Below are positions 1 through 12,797 of a stretch of DNA of 64,000 nt, in pieces. The notes under the pieces were generated by a model. The model was not told the DNA's origin and ran no database searches. It saw nothing but the letters and a program-made list of their open reading frames with translations. Position 1 is the first letter of the stretch, and each line of letters begins with the position of its first letter. The position numbers and the translations under genes are program-made. Where the stretch lies: positions 57,083,869 through 57,147,868 of the forward strand of contig JARDVH010000031.1 of the NCBI GenBank assembly GCA_030324005.1. Direction: 5' to 3'. The DNA is from Negaprion brevirostris (taxonomy: Eukaryota).

Positions 1-251
1 TTCATGGTGGGAGATATAGAAGGGATGTCCGAGGTAGATTCTTCACTCAGAGAGTGGTTGGGGTGTGGAATAGACTGCCTGCTGAGATAGTGGAGCCAGA
101 CACTTTAGGAACTTTCAAGTGGTTATTGGATAGGCACTTGGAGCACTCCAGAATTATAGGGAGGGGATAGCTTGATCTTGGGATTGGACTTAGCTCGGCA
201 CAACATTGAGGGCCAAAGGGCCTGTACTGTGCTGTAATGTTCTATGTTTCT
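1..251 (+). mobile_element. CR1/HER1-like LINE 3' end
   Basis: CR1 3' ORF2/UTR motifs (ttcttcactcagagagtggt...tggaatagactgcc; gggccaaagggcctgtactgtgctgt) ending in a ttctatg repeat tail. Confidence 0.8.
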
Positions 252-997
252 AACTCAAATAAAACTCAACATGGAATTGTTATTGTTTAAAAATAACAGG
301 GCAATTTCAAGGTTGCAATCTAGAATTTATTGTCACTTGAGTATAGCATCATTTGAGCCCCTTAATTGGAGTAATTCTTGGAAATGACTCCAGTCTTATT
401 TTCTATTTAGGAAGATTAGTGGGACATTTTGTCCAGATGATTCGTGTTGTGGTGTAGTTACTCTCAGCTAATTTTATTTGACACCAATGGAAATACTTAG
501 CTATTAGAGTACTGATTGTTCTTTGCAACCTTAAATGTTTTTATTGTCTAAAAAATGCTTACAGAAAATTTCTTGCACTCAGTAGGTTCAAAATTGGTGT
601 CAGCACAAGAAAGTGTTATTCTTTTTTGTTTTCAATACATTTAAAATGATGCATCCAGAAATAAAAAAAATCTGCTGAGTTAATTATATATCCATGACCC
701 ACCTCTTGTCTGCATTTGGTAATGTATAGCTGTTTCCCAAAGCAAGTGAGAAAGGAACTCATGCTGAAGGTAGGAATAACAAAAACATGTTTGTGATCCA
801 AGTGCCCAAAAGTAGCTGTCGCCCTGTATCGTGTGTGAACATGAAGCACACAGATAATTCTTGGGAGTAATATCCAGCCTTGTCTGTTGCATATGGTACT
901 CCTGGCCAAAGTGAAGAGTGCCCTGGTAAAACATGAATGTGGATGCATTTGGAGAATAGATGTACAGTTGCCAATGGGATGTCTTTTGTTCCTCCAG

Positions 998-1133
998 AAA
1001 GCTACACTGGAGTGCCATCAGTGATTTGTAAGAATGCAATGTTAAGTTGTTAAAAGTGTAATTATGCTTGGATTGGCAATCTCGAGTAGCCTAGCCAATT
1101 TTTGCTTACACTTCTACCTGGTGCAGGTTACAG
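998..1133 (+). other. Candidate non-coding 5'UTR exon of B3GALT1
   Basis: Acceptor gtcttttgttcctccag| (AG 996-997) and donor CAG|gtaaga (GT 1134-1135) bracket 136 nt of non-repetitive DNA on the gene strand. Vertebrate B3GALT1 has non-coding upstream exons. Confidence 0.35.
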
Positions 1134-1826
1134 GTAAGAAGAGAGTGTTGATTTTTTTCTTTCATCATTACCTGATCCATAGCAATAATGTTTGCTGTTT
1201 CAAAAGTTCTTCTATTCTGTCATGCAAAACTAGCTGAAGGAAAAATCTTGTAATAATGCTGGTCTTCCTCTGTACCTCGCCGCTGTCATTTAACGTATTC
1301 TTGGCGATACCAATACTCTGGTAAGTGACCCACATGCTGGGTATTTCTGCCAACACTTGTGATTTTATATGGAGATGCTAATGATTGATTTAAATGAATT
1401 CACCTCACATTATGGAATAAGATCAGCACCATGTGTTAGATGTGCATGGTCTTTCCAATGAATACATCTATGCTAGGATCATATTATGAGTCCTGATCTG
1501 ATCAATGGAACAGTCTGTTTTCTACAGTAAAAATGAGGGAACATAAGGTGACTTTCTATTTTCCTTTGTTGTCACAGTGCGCATGCAATTCAGGGTCACA
1601 GGTGCCATGTATTCTGTTCTTTGCCCCTCCTGATCCATGGACCTTGTTTTTAATACACCAGTGAGGTGGGTGAGAGAAGATTAACCCGATGCCCGCTCTC
1701 TCACCAGTATCATTTTAAATTAAGATGTACATTTGCCTAATGCTCTATATTGCATTTTTGATGAGTTGCATAGATAAAAATGTTTATTTGTTTATGGGGG
1801 AGGGGTGGGTGATGTACAGAAATAGT

Positions 1827-2906
1827 GTCTGCGATTCTCCCATTGCAACCCGCAACTTTTCTGTCGGGTCACGGTGGGAGACCCGCGACTGCTGCATTGG
1901 ACCAGGATTTGTACATGCGCACGCATTCCCAGCGCATCTCCCAGAGCCGGCCTGACCACGCTAGAAACTGGCGGGAAAGCAGATAAGTCATTTAAATCTT
2001 TTCTGCATATATTTTAATGATGTATATTTCTTAATTATTGGGACCATTGAATCTCCCATCCTGCCAGGGGTATTTCATTCCAGTGGGGTTCAGTCTAGCT
2101 TCCCATATTCAGAGAACTAATGGGAGACCCCGCTGGAATGAAGGGGGGGGCAATCGGGGCTACTGAGAGGGGTGGGTGGCAGAGGGGTGGTGCCCTCTGT
2201 GCATGGGCATCCTGGCAGTGCCAGCCTGTGCCCCTTGGCACTGCCCAAGGGACAAAGTGCCCATGCCCAGGGGTGTTTTGGCACTGTCCAGTGGGCATCT
2301 GGCAGTGTCAAGGGGGCAGGATCAATTGTGGGTGGGGCTGAGGTACAGTTGGTGGCAGTGGGGGTTCCCGCTGCTATTCTGCATTGGGATCGGTCAGGGA
2401 TCGANNNNNNNNNNNNNNNNNNNNNNNNNNNNNNNNNNNNNNNNNNNNNNNNNNNNNNNNNNNNNNNNNNNNNNNNNNNNNNNNNNNNNNNNNNNNNNNN
2501 NNNNNNNNNNNNNNNNNNNNNNNNNNNNNNNNNNNNNNNNNNNNNNNNNNNNNNNNNNNNNNNNNNNNNNNNNNNNNNNNNNNNNNNNNNNNNNNNNNNN
2601 NNNNNNNNNNNNNNNNNNNNNNNNNNNNNNNNNNNNNNNNNNCGATTGAGCTGGCCAGCAAAAGGGAGGTTGACGGTTTGGGACCACTGCGCATGCGCAG
2701 ATCTCCAGAACTGTCAGACTCTGGTGCGAATAGGCCCCCACCCTCCTAGGTTTTTAATGATATTCACAACTGGGACCCCTTCAGTGCACAGAGTGTGGAG
2801 ATTCAGGTGAATTTCAACTGAACTGTCTGAACAGTTGGGATTTAGAACATGTGGATTTAGAACAGTTTTCCTGCCAATTCAGCACTTTTGGGAGAACCTC
2901 TCCCCC
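1827..2906. mobile_element. GC-rich non-autonomous DNA transposon (Harbinger-type MITE), contains N gap
   Basis: Termini gtctgcgattctccc / gggagaacctctccc; ggca/tgcc-rich body related to 43861-44221 and 51761-52318. Confidence 0.6.
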
Positions 2907-3049
2907 CCACCCCCCTTCCCAGTGACTCACATTCAAAATAAGAGTACAAGAAATAGGAGCAGGCTGTTCGGCCCCTCAAACCTGTTTCACCATTCAATAA
3001 GATAATGGCTGGCCTGCTCTTGTAACTAAAGCACTTACGTGGTTAAACA

Positions 3050-3737
3050 AGTTTGGTTCTTGGTCAATGGTAATCTCCAGGATGTTGACAGTGGTGAATT
3101 CAGTGATAGTAATGACATTGAATTTAAGAGGAGATGGTCAGATTTTCTTTTGTCAGTGATGTTCATTACCTGGCACACGTATCACACAGATGTTACTTGT
3201 ACTTGTCTGCCCAAGCTTTTCTGTCATTCAGATCTTGCTGCATGTGCTTCAGTATCTGAGGAGTCATAAAGGTTGTTGAACATTGTGCAATCATCAGCAA
3301 ACACCCTTACAGCAGTGGGATGCTTATTGATGAAGCATCTGAAGATGGTTGGGGAATGTAGCAATGTCCTGCCAATGAGATGATTGACCTCCAACAACCA
3401 AACCATCTTCCTTTGTGTTAGGTGTGACTCCAATCAGTGGAGATTCCATCCCCCAATTCCCAGTGGCTCCAGTTTTGCTCTTTGATGCCATACTCAGTCT
3501 TATGCTGGCTTAATGTCAGGAGCAGTCACTCTCCCCTCACCTCTTGAGTTCAGTTCTTGTTCTTGTTAGGATTAAGTCTGTAATGAAGTCAGAAGCTGAG
3601 TGGCCCAAGCAGAACTCAAACTGAGTGTCAGTGAGCAGATTACTGCTGAGTAAGTGCTGCTTGATAGCACTGAGAACAACCTCTTCCATTACTTTGCTAG
3701 TGATTGAGAATGGATGGATGGGGCATTAATGGACTTG
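3050..3737 (-). mobile_element. Decayed LINE RT fragment (L2/CR1 supergroup)
   Basis: Minus-strand translation ...PTAVRVFADDCTMF (RT YADD-like motif). The same family recurs at 22330-22900, 47920-48230, 49720-51080 and 62000-62300. Confidence 0.7.
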
Positions 3738-4152
3738 NNNNNNNNNNNNNNNNNNNNNNNNNNNNNNNNNNNNNNNNNNNNNNNNNNNNNNNNNNNNNNN
3801 NNNNNNNNNNNNNNNNNNNNNNNNNNNNNNNNNNNNNCCCCTAATTCATGTTGTGTATAGTTAGATTGTGTAAGAAGTAAAATCACTCATCACACCCAAC
3901 AGATTATTAAAGTTTGTTAAGTAAAATAACCTTGTCTTTGGCATAACACTATATTAGGTCCAAATCAAAAGCCTCTTGGCCACCATTAACCTAGATTTCC
4001 TTGAACAAGAACCTTCATTTTACCCGCAGTTGGAAATATTTCATGTCTATGTGGCATTCTCTGGATGCAGGTTACATAAAGTTTATGTTCAGATTATATA
4101 GAGGCTGTGCACAGTCTATATGCAGTTTACATATATGCCCTATACAAACTGT

Positions 4153-4494
4153 GCACGGTAGCACAGTGGTTAGCACTGCTGCTTCACAGCTCCAGGGACC
4201 TCGGTTCAATTCCCAGCTCGGGTCACTGTCTGTGTGGAGTTTGCACGTTCTCCTTGTGTCTGTGTGGGTTTCCTCTGGGTCCTCTGGTTTCCTCCCACAG
4301 TCCAAAGATGTGCGGGTTAGGTTGATTGGCCATGCTAAAATTGCCCATTAGTGTCCTGAGACGTGTAGGTTAGGGGGATTAATGGGTAAAATGTGTGGGG
4401 ATATGGGGGTAGGGCCTGGGTGGGATTGTGGTCGGTGCGGGCTTGATGGGCCGGATGGCCTCTTTCTGAATTGTAGGGTTTCTATGATTCTGTG
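4153..4494 (+). mobile_element. HE1-type tRNA-derived SINE, full length, CR1/HER1-type tail
   Basis: A box (tagcacagtggttag), B box (ggttcaattccc), core ggtcactgtctgtgtggagtttgcacg, tail gatgggccggatggcctc...ttctatgattct. Confidence 0.9.
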
Positions 4495-4679
4495 ACAATC
4501 ACGACACAGCTATATTGCCTCAGCTTTTCTCTGTCAGTTTCTAAATCTCCCTTCACCTGACCACTTCTCTCCAGATTGTTTTTAGTTTAAAGTCCTTAAA
4601 CAGCCTTAATAATATGAATACCAGGTCACTGATCCCAGTGTGTCAATCCTGACATACATTTGTTCTCAATCTTGTTTTT

Positions 4680-5010
4680 AAAATGCTTATCCTTGTTTAT
4701 CCTCTATGGCCTCATCCTTATCCCTGTAATAACATCAATCCTACAATCCTCAAATATATCTATGCCCATCTAATTCCAACTTTAAAGATCTCAGGTTTTA
4801 ATTGCTTCACCATCAGTGACTGTGTCTTAATTTGCTTATATGCAAAGCTCTGGAATTCCCTCCCGACACTCCTCCACCTTGTTTTCCTCTTTTAAGACAC
4901 ATTTTAAGACTTACCCCTTTGACCAAGCTTTTGGTCATTTGGTTTAATATTTCCTGAGGTGGCATGGGCCATATTTTGTTTTACATTGCTCCATGAAACA
5001 CATTGGGATT
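4680..5010 (+). mobile_element. L2 LINE 3' tail fragment
   Basis: ctctggaattccctccc...tttaagac...tttgaccaagcttttggtca, typical of L2 3' ends. Confidence 0.55.
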
Positions 5011-7309
5011 ATACAAGAATAAAATGTAACACGCCATCAGCTGTATAGGTTGTTTCTGCCATTGTGAAATGAATCAGAAAATGTAGTCTGTTCAGTGAAT
5101 TGCTGTACCTGGAATGCACTGCTTGAAAAGGCAGCAAAACCAGAATCAAAACTAACTTTTAAAAGGGAATTGTGTAAAATCTTGAATGGGAAAAAAGTGT
5201 TTGGCTGTGGGAAAAGAGCAGGGAAGTGAGGCTGCTCTGTACTGTATCATTCGATGAGACATAATTGGCTCTGATCATGTCAGCTCTACTGCACAAATGA
5301 GAAGACTAGTGCCAGTTTCTATAGCAACCTGAAGAGCTTGTCAGTATTTCATAGAATACTGATGGTTTGTTATTACAGGTAGTGTTATTCTGCAGCTTGC
5401 AAACATTCCACTCATTATAATGGAAGGTTGAATATTGTTCTGTCTGTCTGGGTTGTAGTAAACCCAGCTGTGTCTTTTACTAATGATTGCAGATTTCAAC
5501 CATAAGTCTCAAGAGACAATGGGTGGAATTTTAATGTGCTTGACCCACTCGTAGTGTGGGTGGGACAGCAGTGTATCAGGAACCCGGTTAGTGGAGTGAG
5601 CTTTGTTGTGCCTGTTTAACTAGACCACAGCTAGAAATGACCCTGGTAGAGGTCAGAATGGCTCATTGTTGGTCCCTCACTGAGGAGATAGCAACAAAAG
5701 GATGGAATAATCCCACCCCGTACAAGCACACACCCACACACCGCACATAAACATAGAATTGGGGTCGACCCTCCAGTAATAGCCATCCTGACTACTGCAG
5801 AAGAGGCGGCCATGGAAGGCAGCAGACTTGCAGAGTGCCTGACTATTGGCAGTGGAGAAATGGGGATCCCTCAGACACTTGGCGATGGAATTAGATATCG
5901 TGCTGTTACTTGGCACAAAGCAATCATTCATAAAGATCTGCAGTCACCACGAACTGGAATGTGAGCATCTGCACAGTATTGACTTTCAATCCTTTTCTCA
6001 CATCAGTTCCAATTTATGTCCTTCATTTCCCACTAGTCGACCAAGTATGATACAGGAGGAGGCTGAAGAACCTTGGTGTTTGTGACACAGTCTGAGGAAC
6101 ACATTACGTGCACACTTGCCACCAGCAGAGATGCACACACCTCAGTGTGTTCTCAATAAGATTTAGCTGGGTTGTCACAAGGTTAATCCCACATCATGTG
6201 AGCAGATGCTGGAGACAGAGAAAGCTTTGGAGAGCAGTGCATTTGGACACCAAACTGCTCAGCTGAATGTGGATATTAAGTTGAGTGGGGGTGATTAATC
6301 CACTAAAAGCACAGTTCTGGAGCTGCAGTGGGATATGTGCCAGCATTTCTAAAAGGACTGCAGACCCTTGGAGAGGTATTCGCAGAGTCTGTGTCTACCA
6401 TGAGTGCCTTGATGTTACTGGCCTTTGCTCTGATGTTCATGAAAGGAATGGCATAAAGAATTAGATGCATAAGCGACCAAGTGCATATTTGCCCTCACCA
6501 ATAACTTACACACTATAAAGAGGATGAAAGAAAGCCTGCCTTGGCTGTTCAGGACCTCACTTGTGTGCAACAATGAGCTCTCCAGCTCTTGGCTAACATG
6601 GAAATGTAGCCTGGCCTAGAGGGGTCATGGGTCATGCCCTCTCGTCATTGACTCAAATGAGTTTCTCTCAGCTTAAGAAACCTCTGCATAAGCCGTTAAA
6701 GCCAGACTGCTGGATGAAACTTGTATTTAATGGTCTCTTAACGAATTCAAATCCACCATCTCCATGGGGGCTTCCCATGTGTCTGTTAAAGGTTGAAGTG
6801 TGCACAATCATGTTGGGTGCACTTGCTTGCTTATGCATCTAATTCTCTACGTCACTCCTTTCATGAACATCAGAACAAAAACTAGTAACTTCAAAGCACT
6901 CATGGTAGATGCAGACTCTGCCAATGCCTCTCCAAGGGTCATGTTGGCTTCCAACATGCTGCTATCTTTTGTTAATCCCAGACCATACCCATCCCCTCCC
7001 CCACTCTTTGCATGTGATAATTCTGGTCAAAGTGTCACTGTGTTACACAAGTTCAGACAAAATACTTATAGGAGATTATTTTTAAATTGAAAGAAATCAG
7101 TAAACTGACAGAAACGCTGTGACCTGAATTTTAGGGTCAGCAGTGAACAAATAACACCCGAAAGTCATTGTGCATATATTTGCCCACAGCACAGTGCCCT
7201 CCAAATGATATCTGGTATGTGTGAACAGAGCATGCAACTCTATCTTTATAACCAATTACGATTGAAAAACCCCAAAACAAGACTTGGGACAAGCAGGATG
7301 GAAGGACCC

Positions 7310-7535
7310 ATGGTTTTGTCAGAATGGCAGGATCCCTAATGGTGCAGGGCAGCATTGCAAGAATTCATGTGGATCTGTGGGTCTTCCCATGTCAACACAG
7401 GAGTGCTACAGGAACCACAACGGCTTCCATTCAATAAATCTACAGATCATATTTGACTATGTTAAGACCTTCAGCTTGGTGGAAGCCCCTATCCTGGCGG
7501 TGGACATGATTCCATCAGTTCTCTGGTCATCCTGA
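7310..7535 (+). pseudogene. Harbinger (HARBI1/DDE_Tnp_4-like) transposase remnant, frameshifted
   Basis: FVRMAGSLMVQGSIARIHV, then after a frameshift YRNHNGFHSINLQIIFDY. Resembles the family motifs GFP.V.GAID.THV and Y.NRKG.HS.N.Q..CD. Confidence 0.75.
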
Positions 7536-8514
7536 AAGAGTAAAGTGGGTTTGTTCTCCACAATGCTGCTGCCAATTCCCGTGATGGCATCTTCACAATC
7601 TAGCAATGTTTTTGGAGGCAGATTGCAGGACTGAGAAGCTGCAGACTGCTCTGAGAACCTGCATGCTCCTTTCGAGTCCTGAGAACTGCAGCAAAGTTAA
7701 CAACAGTCTGAGCCTGCTTGGGAGCAAGGTGGGCTTTAATGGCATTAAAAATAAATCTCATAACTTCAGCCTGAGCTTCAGTGACAGCACTGAAATGTTG
7801 GGTGGCTTTAGTTGTGCCGCAACAGGGAGTCAGGCTATAACAATACATTCCATCGTGGTCAGGTCTACTGATGCAATCATGAAATTGGCCACTACTTCTA
7901 CAGTGCAAAGAATGGATGAAATCCTTTGTCACATCATTTCACTGTGACCCTTCACAGTGCCTGCCAATATACAAAGAAGCTCAGTGTGCAGGCTCATCAA
8001 CCTTCTGCTGTATGCTGGCCCATTGAAATCCTCATCTGAGTTCCCCAAGACACAACTAGTGGTTACCCCAGCTGTCTGGAGAACAGGCACAGAAGCTAAC
8101 CTTTCCTCCAACCTGGCTACAGCCCATTGCTGCCTGATGACTCCTAAATTAACTGCGAAGCTACATGTAGTACCAATATCTGAGTTGGTGTCTTGAATTG
8201 TGAGATCAAATGAAGTGTTTCCTCATTCGTGATCTGGGCTTAACTCTCTCTTTCACCTGGCTGTGTTGAGGCTTGCTAAGCAGCAGATCCTGTATATCTG
8301 AAAGCATAAAAGCAGATGGGAGATTTAGGATAGGGGAGGGACATTAGGGAGTAAAGCAGGAGGTTCTGGCCACACAACTGCAGCTTTGAATTAACGGCAG
8401 CGCTCAGGATGAGGATGGCAAGGGAATTGAAGAAGGGGAATAAGGCTGTAACTCTTCGTTATCCTCAGTTCTGTCAGCTACAGCAGATACTATGCATTTT
8501 ATTGCTGCTAGTCT

Positions 8515-8620
8515 CATAATGTGGATCACCATCACCTCAACTGGGGTGAGTGGATGTAGTCATGGCATACCCCTGCTGGTCTTCTGTTGCTTCCCCTTGT
8601 AATTTGCCTCCTTCTCTGAA
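8515..8620 (-). pseudogene. Remnant of the Harbinger Myb/SANT-like partner ORF (post-Myb region)
   Basis: Minus strand reads QQKTSRG..LHPLTPVEVMVIHIM, resembling the ..RTGGG....LT..EE.V..I motif that follows the Myb domain. Confidence 0.45.
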
Positions 8621-9461
8621 AATCTGTCATGATGGCCGCTTGATCAAATAGATTGCTAACACTCCAATTATCAAGGGAAAGATACTGGAAGACCAACCTT
8701 ATGCCAACAAGTAGTTAATGCCTTTCACATAGCTGGAAACTGAGAAAATTCCCAAGGAAAATGTAGTAAAACAAAAAAGCTAGGCTGACGTGGCCTAGAC
8801 CATTTAGTTTGAGCAATATAATGTTCTGCATTTACTTATAGAGGTTTCATAATGCATTGCCAAATAGATTTATTGACAGAAATGAAAATGAATCATCACA
8901 TAAAGAACATCTTATTCTGGTAAACAGTAGTTTGTCTCATTCACAGGTTTATAAATGGAGAAGTGCAATTAAAGAATTGGTGACACAATGATGTCAACAT
9001 TTAACAGTTTATTAAAAAATATAATATCACTGTGCAAGTTCTCATAGTTCACACTGTCACAGGTGTAACAGCTGCTACAGCAGGAACTTCCTGGCAGTCA
9101 ATATATCACCTCTATATTGAAAATTGACTTGGTGCTCAAAAATAGATGAAAAACGGAAAAAGCTTTTGCCTGAATAAATGACGTTTCTGTATGGATTACA
9201 CAATTCACAAAATATGGGATAAAACTTCTAAACTTCAATATTATTCCCAGCTATTTGTCCAGTTTACCAGTTTAAAAGTATATAACAACTTTTAGGTTTT
9301 GGACAAATAAAGTGGAAGAATTCAGGAAAGATGAATGGATCTTCAAAGAGTAAATACAAAATAACGTCCAATGACATAAGAACATAAGAAATAGGAGCAG
9401 GAGTAGGCCATCTAGCCCTTCGAGCCTNNNNNNNNNNNNNNNNNNNNNNNNNNNNNNNNNN

Positions 9462-9815
9462 GCTGTAATGAGGTGAATACTGCAGTTTCAAAGGTGCTGC
9501 CATTTTATAGTTAGGACAAGAAGCAAAGGCTGCTCAGGTAAATGTGAAATATCCTGGGCTATTCAAAGAAAAGCAGAGCAGTTCTCTCCCTGTATCCTGG
9601 CAAATATTTAACCCTCGAGCAAAAGCACCAAAACTTGAATATTTCTTTATTTATCATATTGCTTTATCTGATTCCTTACTGTTTTCCCATTCGGCTTCTA
9701 TATTTGCTCTCACTAGCCAGTAGTGATTGTAGCTTCAAAGCATTGTGTAGATTGGAAATCACTTAGGGATGTCCTGAGATTATGAAAGACACTGTATCAA
9801 TGAAAGTTGTTTATT
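9462..9815 (+). mobile_element. Deu-domain SINE (SacSINE1/AmnSINE1-like) with L2-type tail
   Basis: aggtgctgcc...gctcaggtaaatgtgaaatatcc...cctggcaaatatttaaccctc...gggatgtcctgagattatgaaagacactgtat. A related copy lies at 48950-49380. Confidence 0.6.
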
Positions 9816-11059
9816 TGTTTACTTAAAACAAGTTCCTTTGCCCCTGTATGATCAGTGAGTAAAGTGACATTTGGAACATTTTGGGGTTGATTTTGACTTT
9901 GTGCACTTGTGTGAAATGAGTAATAATGAACTGTTGACCTGTTCATTATTTCTGTTCACCTGTTCGTCCCACTGGCAAAGTATTATCATGTAGTTCATAC
10001 TTCAACAGAAATTTCTAAGAACAATAGTAAGTCTCATTTACACTAGAACTGATTAAAACGTGTATTATAGAGACAAAGTGGAGACAGTATTTTCTGAATA
10101 ACGAGGATACATTACTAAAGAGGAAGAGATTTATAGTATTTTGTGAACATACGAAAATAATAGATAGGAAATGACAATTCAACCTGTCTCACCCTATTAT
10201 ACCGCCTTAATAAACACAATATATACAATTCGCCAGCCAACCAGAGCTATTGAATCCCCTGGGAAAGACCAACAAACAAGAAAGGGGAAACATTAGGGAA
10301 ACAGCCTTTAAATGTTCTGTCTAATCCCTTTAGATGATCAGACTACGNNNNNNNNNNNNNNNNNNNNNNNNNNNNNNNNNNNNNNNNNNNNNNNNNNNNN
10401 NNNNNNNNNNNNNNNNNNNNNNNNNNNNNNNNNNNNNNNNNNNNNNNNNNNNNNNNNNNNNNNNNNNNNNNNNNNNNNNNNNNNNNNNNNNNNNNNNNNN
10501 NNNNNNNNNNNNNNNNNNNNNNNNNNNNNNNNNNNNNNNNNNNNNNNNNNNNNNNNNNNNNNNNNNNNNNNNNNNNNNNNNNNNNNNNNNNNNNNNNNNN
10601 NNNNNNNNNNNNNNNNNNNNNNNNNNNNNNNNNNNNNNNNNNTGAACTTCCACTCCAGCCTCCAGCTCTGGTTCGACCATGCTTCCCGCTACTCTACCCC
10701 CAACTCCATTCAACTACCCTCCTGCTTTGACCCCCTCTTCCAGTCCAAACCCCTCTCCTGGTCAAAACACTCACACTCTGGGACTATCTCCATTCCTCCC
10801 TCACTCACCCTCTCCTGTTCTCAATTTTCCATTCTTTTCTTTTGTTCATGCTTCACATTGTTCAATCCTACGCCCTATAGTATACTGCAGTTACAATTGA
10901 AAATCACACTGGTGATAAGAACTCGTATTTTACAAATCTGTACATCTGTACATGGAGGGAAATTCTTGTATGCGTAGCATGTTTCAGAAAAGTGTACTAA
11001 GTTCTGAAGCTTACAGTAGTGCCATTAGTTTCCAGCTGGCTGTGTTGTAAATTTGTATA

Positions 11060-11087
11060 TTAATTTTTTTTTACATTTTATTTCCAG
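11060..11087 (+). promoter_or_regulatory. 3' splice acceptor of the B3GALT1 coding exon
   Basis: Long T tract then ttttatttccag|ATATC; the exon would start at 11088, 186 nt before the ATG. Confidence 0.75.
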
Positions 11088-11273
11088 ATATCTGTGAAAC
11101 AATGCCAATTAGCCATGAAGAGACTGACCTTACAGAGAATCAGCAAGGGTTTCTGCTTTGACAGAATTGTTGAATTTTTGTGAGCACAATGGCAAAAGCC
11201 TCAAAAATCGACTTTGATTCTGCAGCAATGTTGGCTCATATGTGACATGATGTAACAGAAAAGGAACATCAAC

Positions 11274-12254
11274 ATGGCTTCAAAGGTCTCATGTTTATAT
11301 ATTTTGACAGTTGTTTGCTGGGCGAGTGCTCTTTGGTACTTGAGTGCAACTCGTCCCTCATCTTCCTATGTTGGGCACAGTTCATTTGGCCATGTTACAG
11401 GTGAGAGAAAGAATTTCAGCTTTACTAACATCCGAACTCGGTCACTGAATCCACATAATTTCAATTATCTTATCAATGAGCCTAACAAATGCGAGCAGCT
11501 TAGCCCATTCTTAGTGATTCTTGTCAGCACAACACACAAAGAGTTTGATGCACGGCAGGCCATAAGGGAAACATGGGGAGATGAAAACAATTTCAAAGGA
11601 ATACAGGTGATCACTTTGTTTCTGCTCGGGAGAAACACAGACAATGTTTTGAATGAAATGGTGGAACAGGAGAGCCAAATTTTTCATGACATAATCGTGG
11701 AGGACTTTCTAGATTCTTACCATAACCTTACACTGAAAACTTTAATGGGAGTGAAGTGGATAGCCAACTTTTGTTCAAAGGCAAAGTATGTAATGAAAAC
11801 TGACAGTGATATTTTTGTTAATATGGACAATTTGATTTATAAATTACTCAAACCAAACACAAAGCCCCGGCGAAGATATTTTACCGGCTATGTCATTAAT
11901 GGGGGGCCTATAAGGGACATTCGCAGCAAGTGGTATATGCCCAGAGATTTATACCCTGACAACAATTACCCACCATTCTGTTCGGGCACAGGGTATGTAT
12001 TTTCTACAGATGTGGCTGAAGCTATTTACAAAACATCTCTTCATACTAGAATGCTGCACCTTGAGGATGTCTATGTTGGACTATGCCTGCGGAAGCTTGG
12101 TATCCATCCCTTTCAGAATAGTGGTTTCAATCATTGGAAGGTTTCATACAGTCTGTGCCGGTATCGTCGACTAATTACTGTGCACCAGATATCTCCCGAG
12201 GAAATGCAGAGGATCTGGAACGAGATGTCAAGCAAGAAACATCTTCGATGCTAA
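11274..12254 (+). CDS. B3GALT1: Beta-1,3-galactosyltransferase 1 (GT31 family, type II Golgi membrane protein), 326 aa, single coding exon
   Basis: Uninterrupted ORF MASKVSCLYILTVVCWASALWYLS...SSKKHLRC, co-linear and near-identical to vertebrate B3GALT1. N-terminal TM segment, RQAIRETWG, DSYHNLTLKT, DxD (KTDSD), YPPFCSGTGY and EDVYVG motifs. Confidence 0.98.
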   Translation: MASKVSCLYILTVVCWASALWYLSATRPSSSYVGHSSFGHVTGERKNFSFTNIRTRSLNPHNFNYLINEPNKCEQLSPFLVILVSTTHKEFDARQAIRETWGDENNFKGIQVITLFLLGRNTDNVLNEMVEQESQIFHDIIVEDFLDSYHNLTLKTLMGVKWIANFCSKAKYVMKTDSDIFVNMDNLIYKLLKPNTKPRRRYFTGYVINGGPIRDIRSKWYMPRDLYPDNNYPPFCSGTGYVFSTDVAEAIYKTSLHTRMLHLEDVYVGLCLRKLGIHPFQNSGFNHWKVSYSLCRYRRLITVHQISPEEMQRIWNEMSSKKHLRC

Positions 12255-12797
12255 ATATACTAAAATAATATATAAATGATTTACAAATACTTCTATTGCC
12301 ACTCAGTCTCCAATCAAAGATCTGTGTCAATTCACTATGAAAGGCAGTGAACATGTTTATACAACAGAAAACTAGCTTAAACTGCTCATTATGGCACCCA
12401 CTGTCACAGGTATAAATATTGAATAGTTTAACCTAACGGTTAATGACGACAATTACTATCGTAGACAGTAATTAATTGAAATGCTTTTGTTTGTAGGACT
12501 GTATATTTTGAGTAAAATATAAGTTAGGTGTGTGTTTTAGTTCATTTAAAATTGATTGTGTATTGACATACAAGTATCAAGGGATTAACAGTACTATTGC
12601 TAAAAGTGATATTTATTATACATTTATTGCTTGTATAATTGTGTTACTTGCTTAAGAGGAATGTGCAAGCGCCAAGATTTTCAACTTAAATTTGCCTTTT
12701 GGTAATTAAGCATTTCATATAAATTAGATCAAATAAGTGAAACACAGACCAGAAAAGATGGATAAAAGATGAATTTACTTTAGGATTACAGAACTCA

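Larger units (their letters stand above)
5521..8640. mobile_element. Highly decayed autonomous PIF/Harbinger transposon region
   Basis: Starts with TIR-like gggtggaattttaa after aat. Contains a + strand transposase remnant and a - strand Myb-partner remnant. Right end not defined. Confidence 0.6.

Noticed and set aside
4153-4230. tRNA-like A/B boxes here, in other HE1 heads and at 35547-35620
   Set aside because: These are SINE heads followed by SINE bodies, not tRNA genes.
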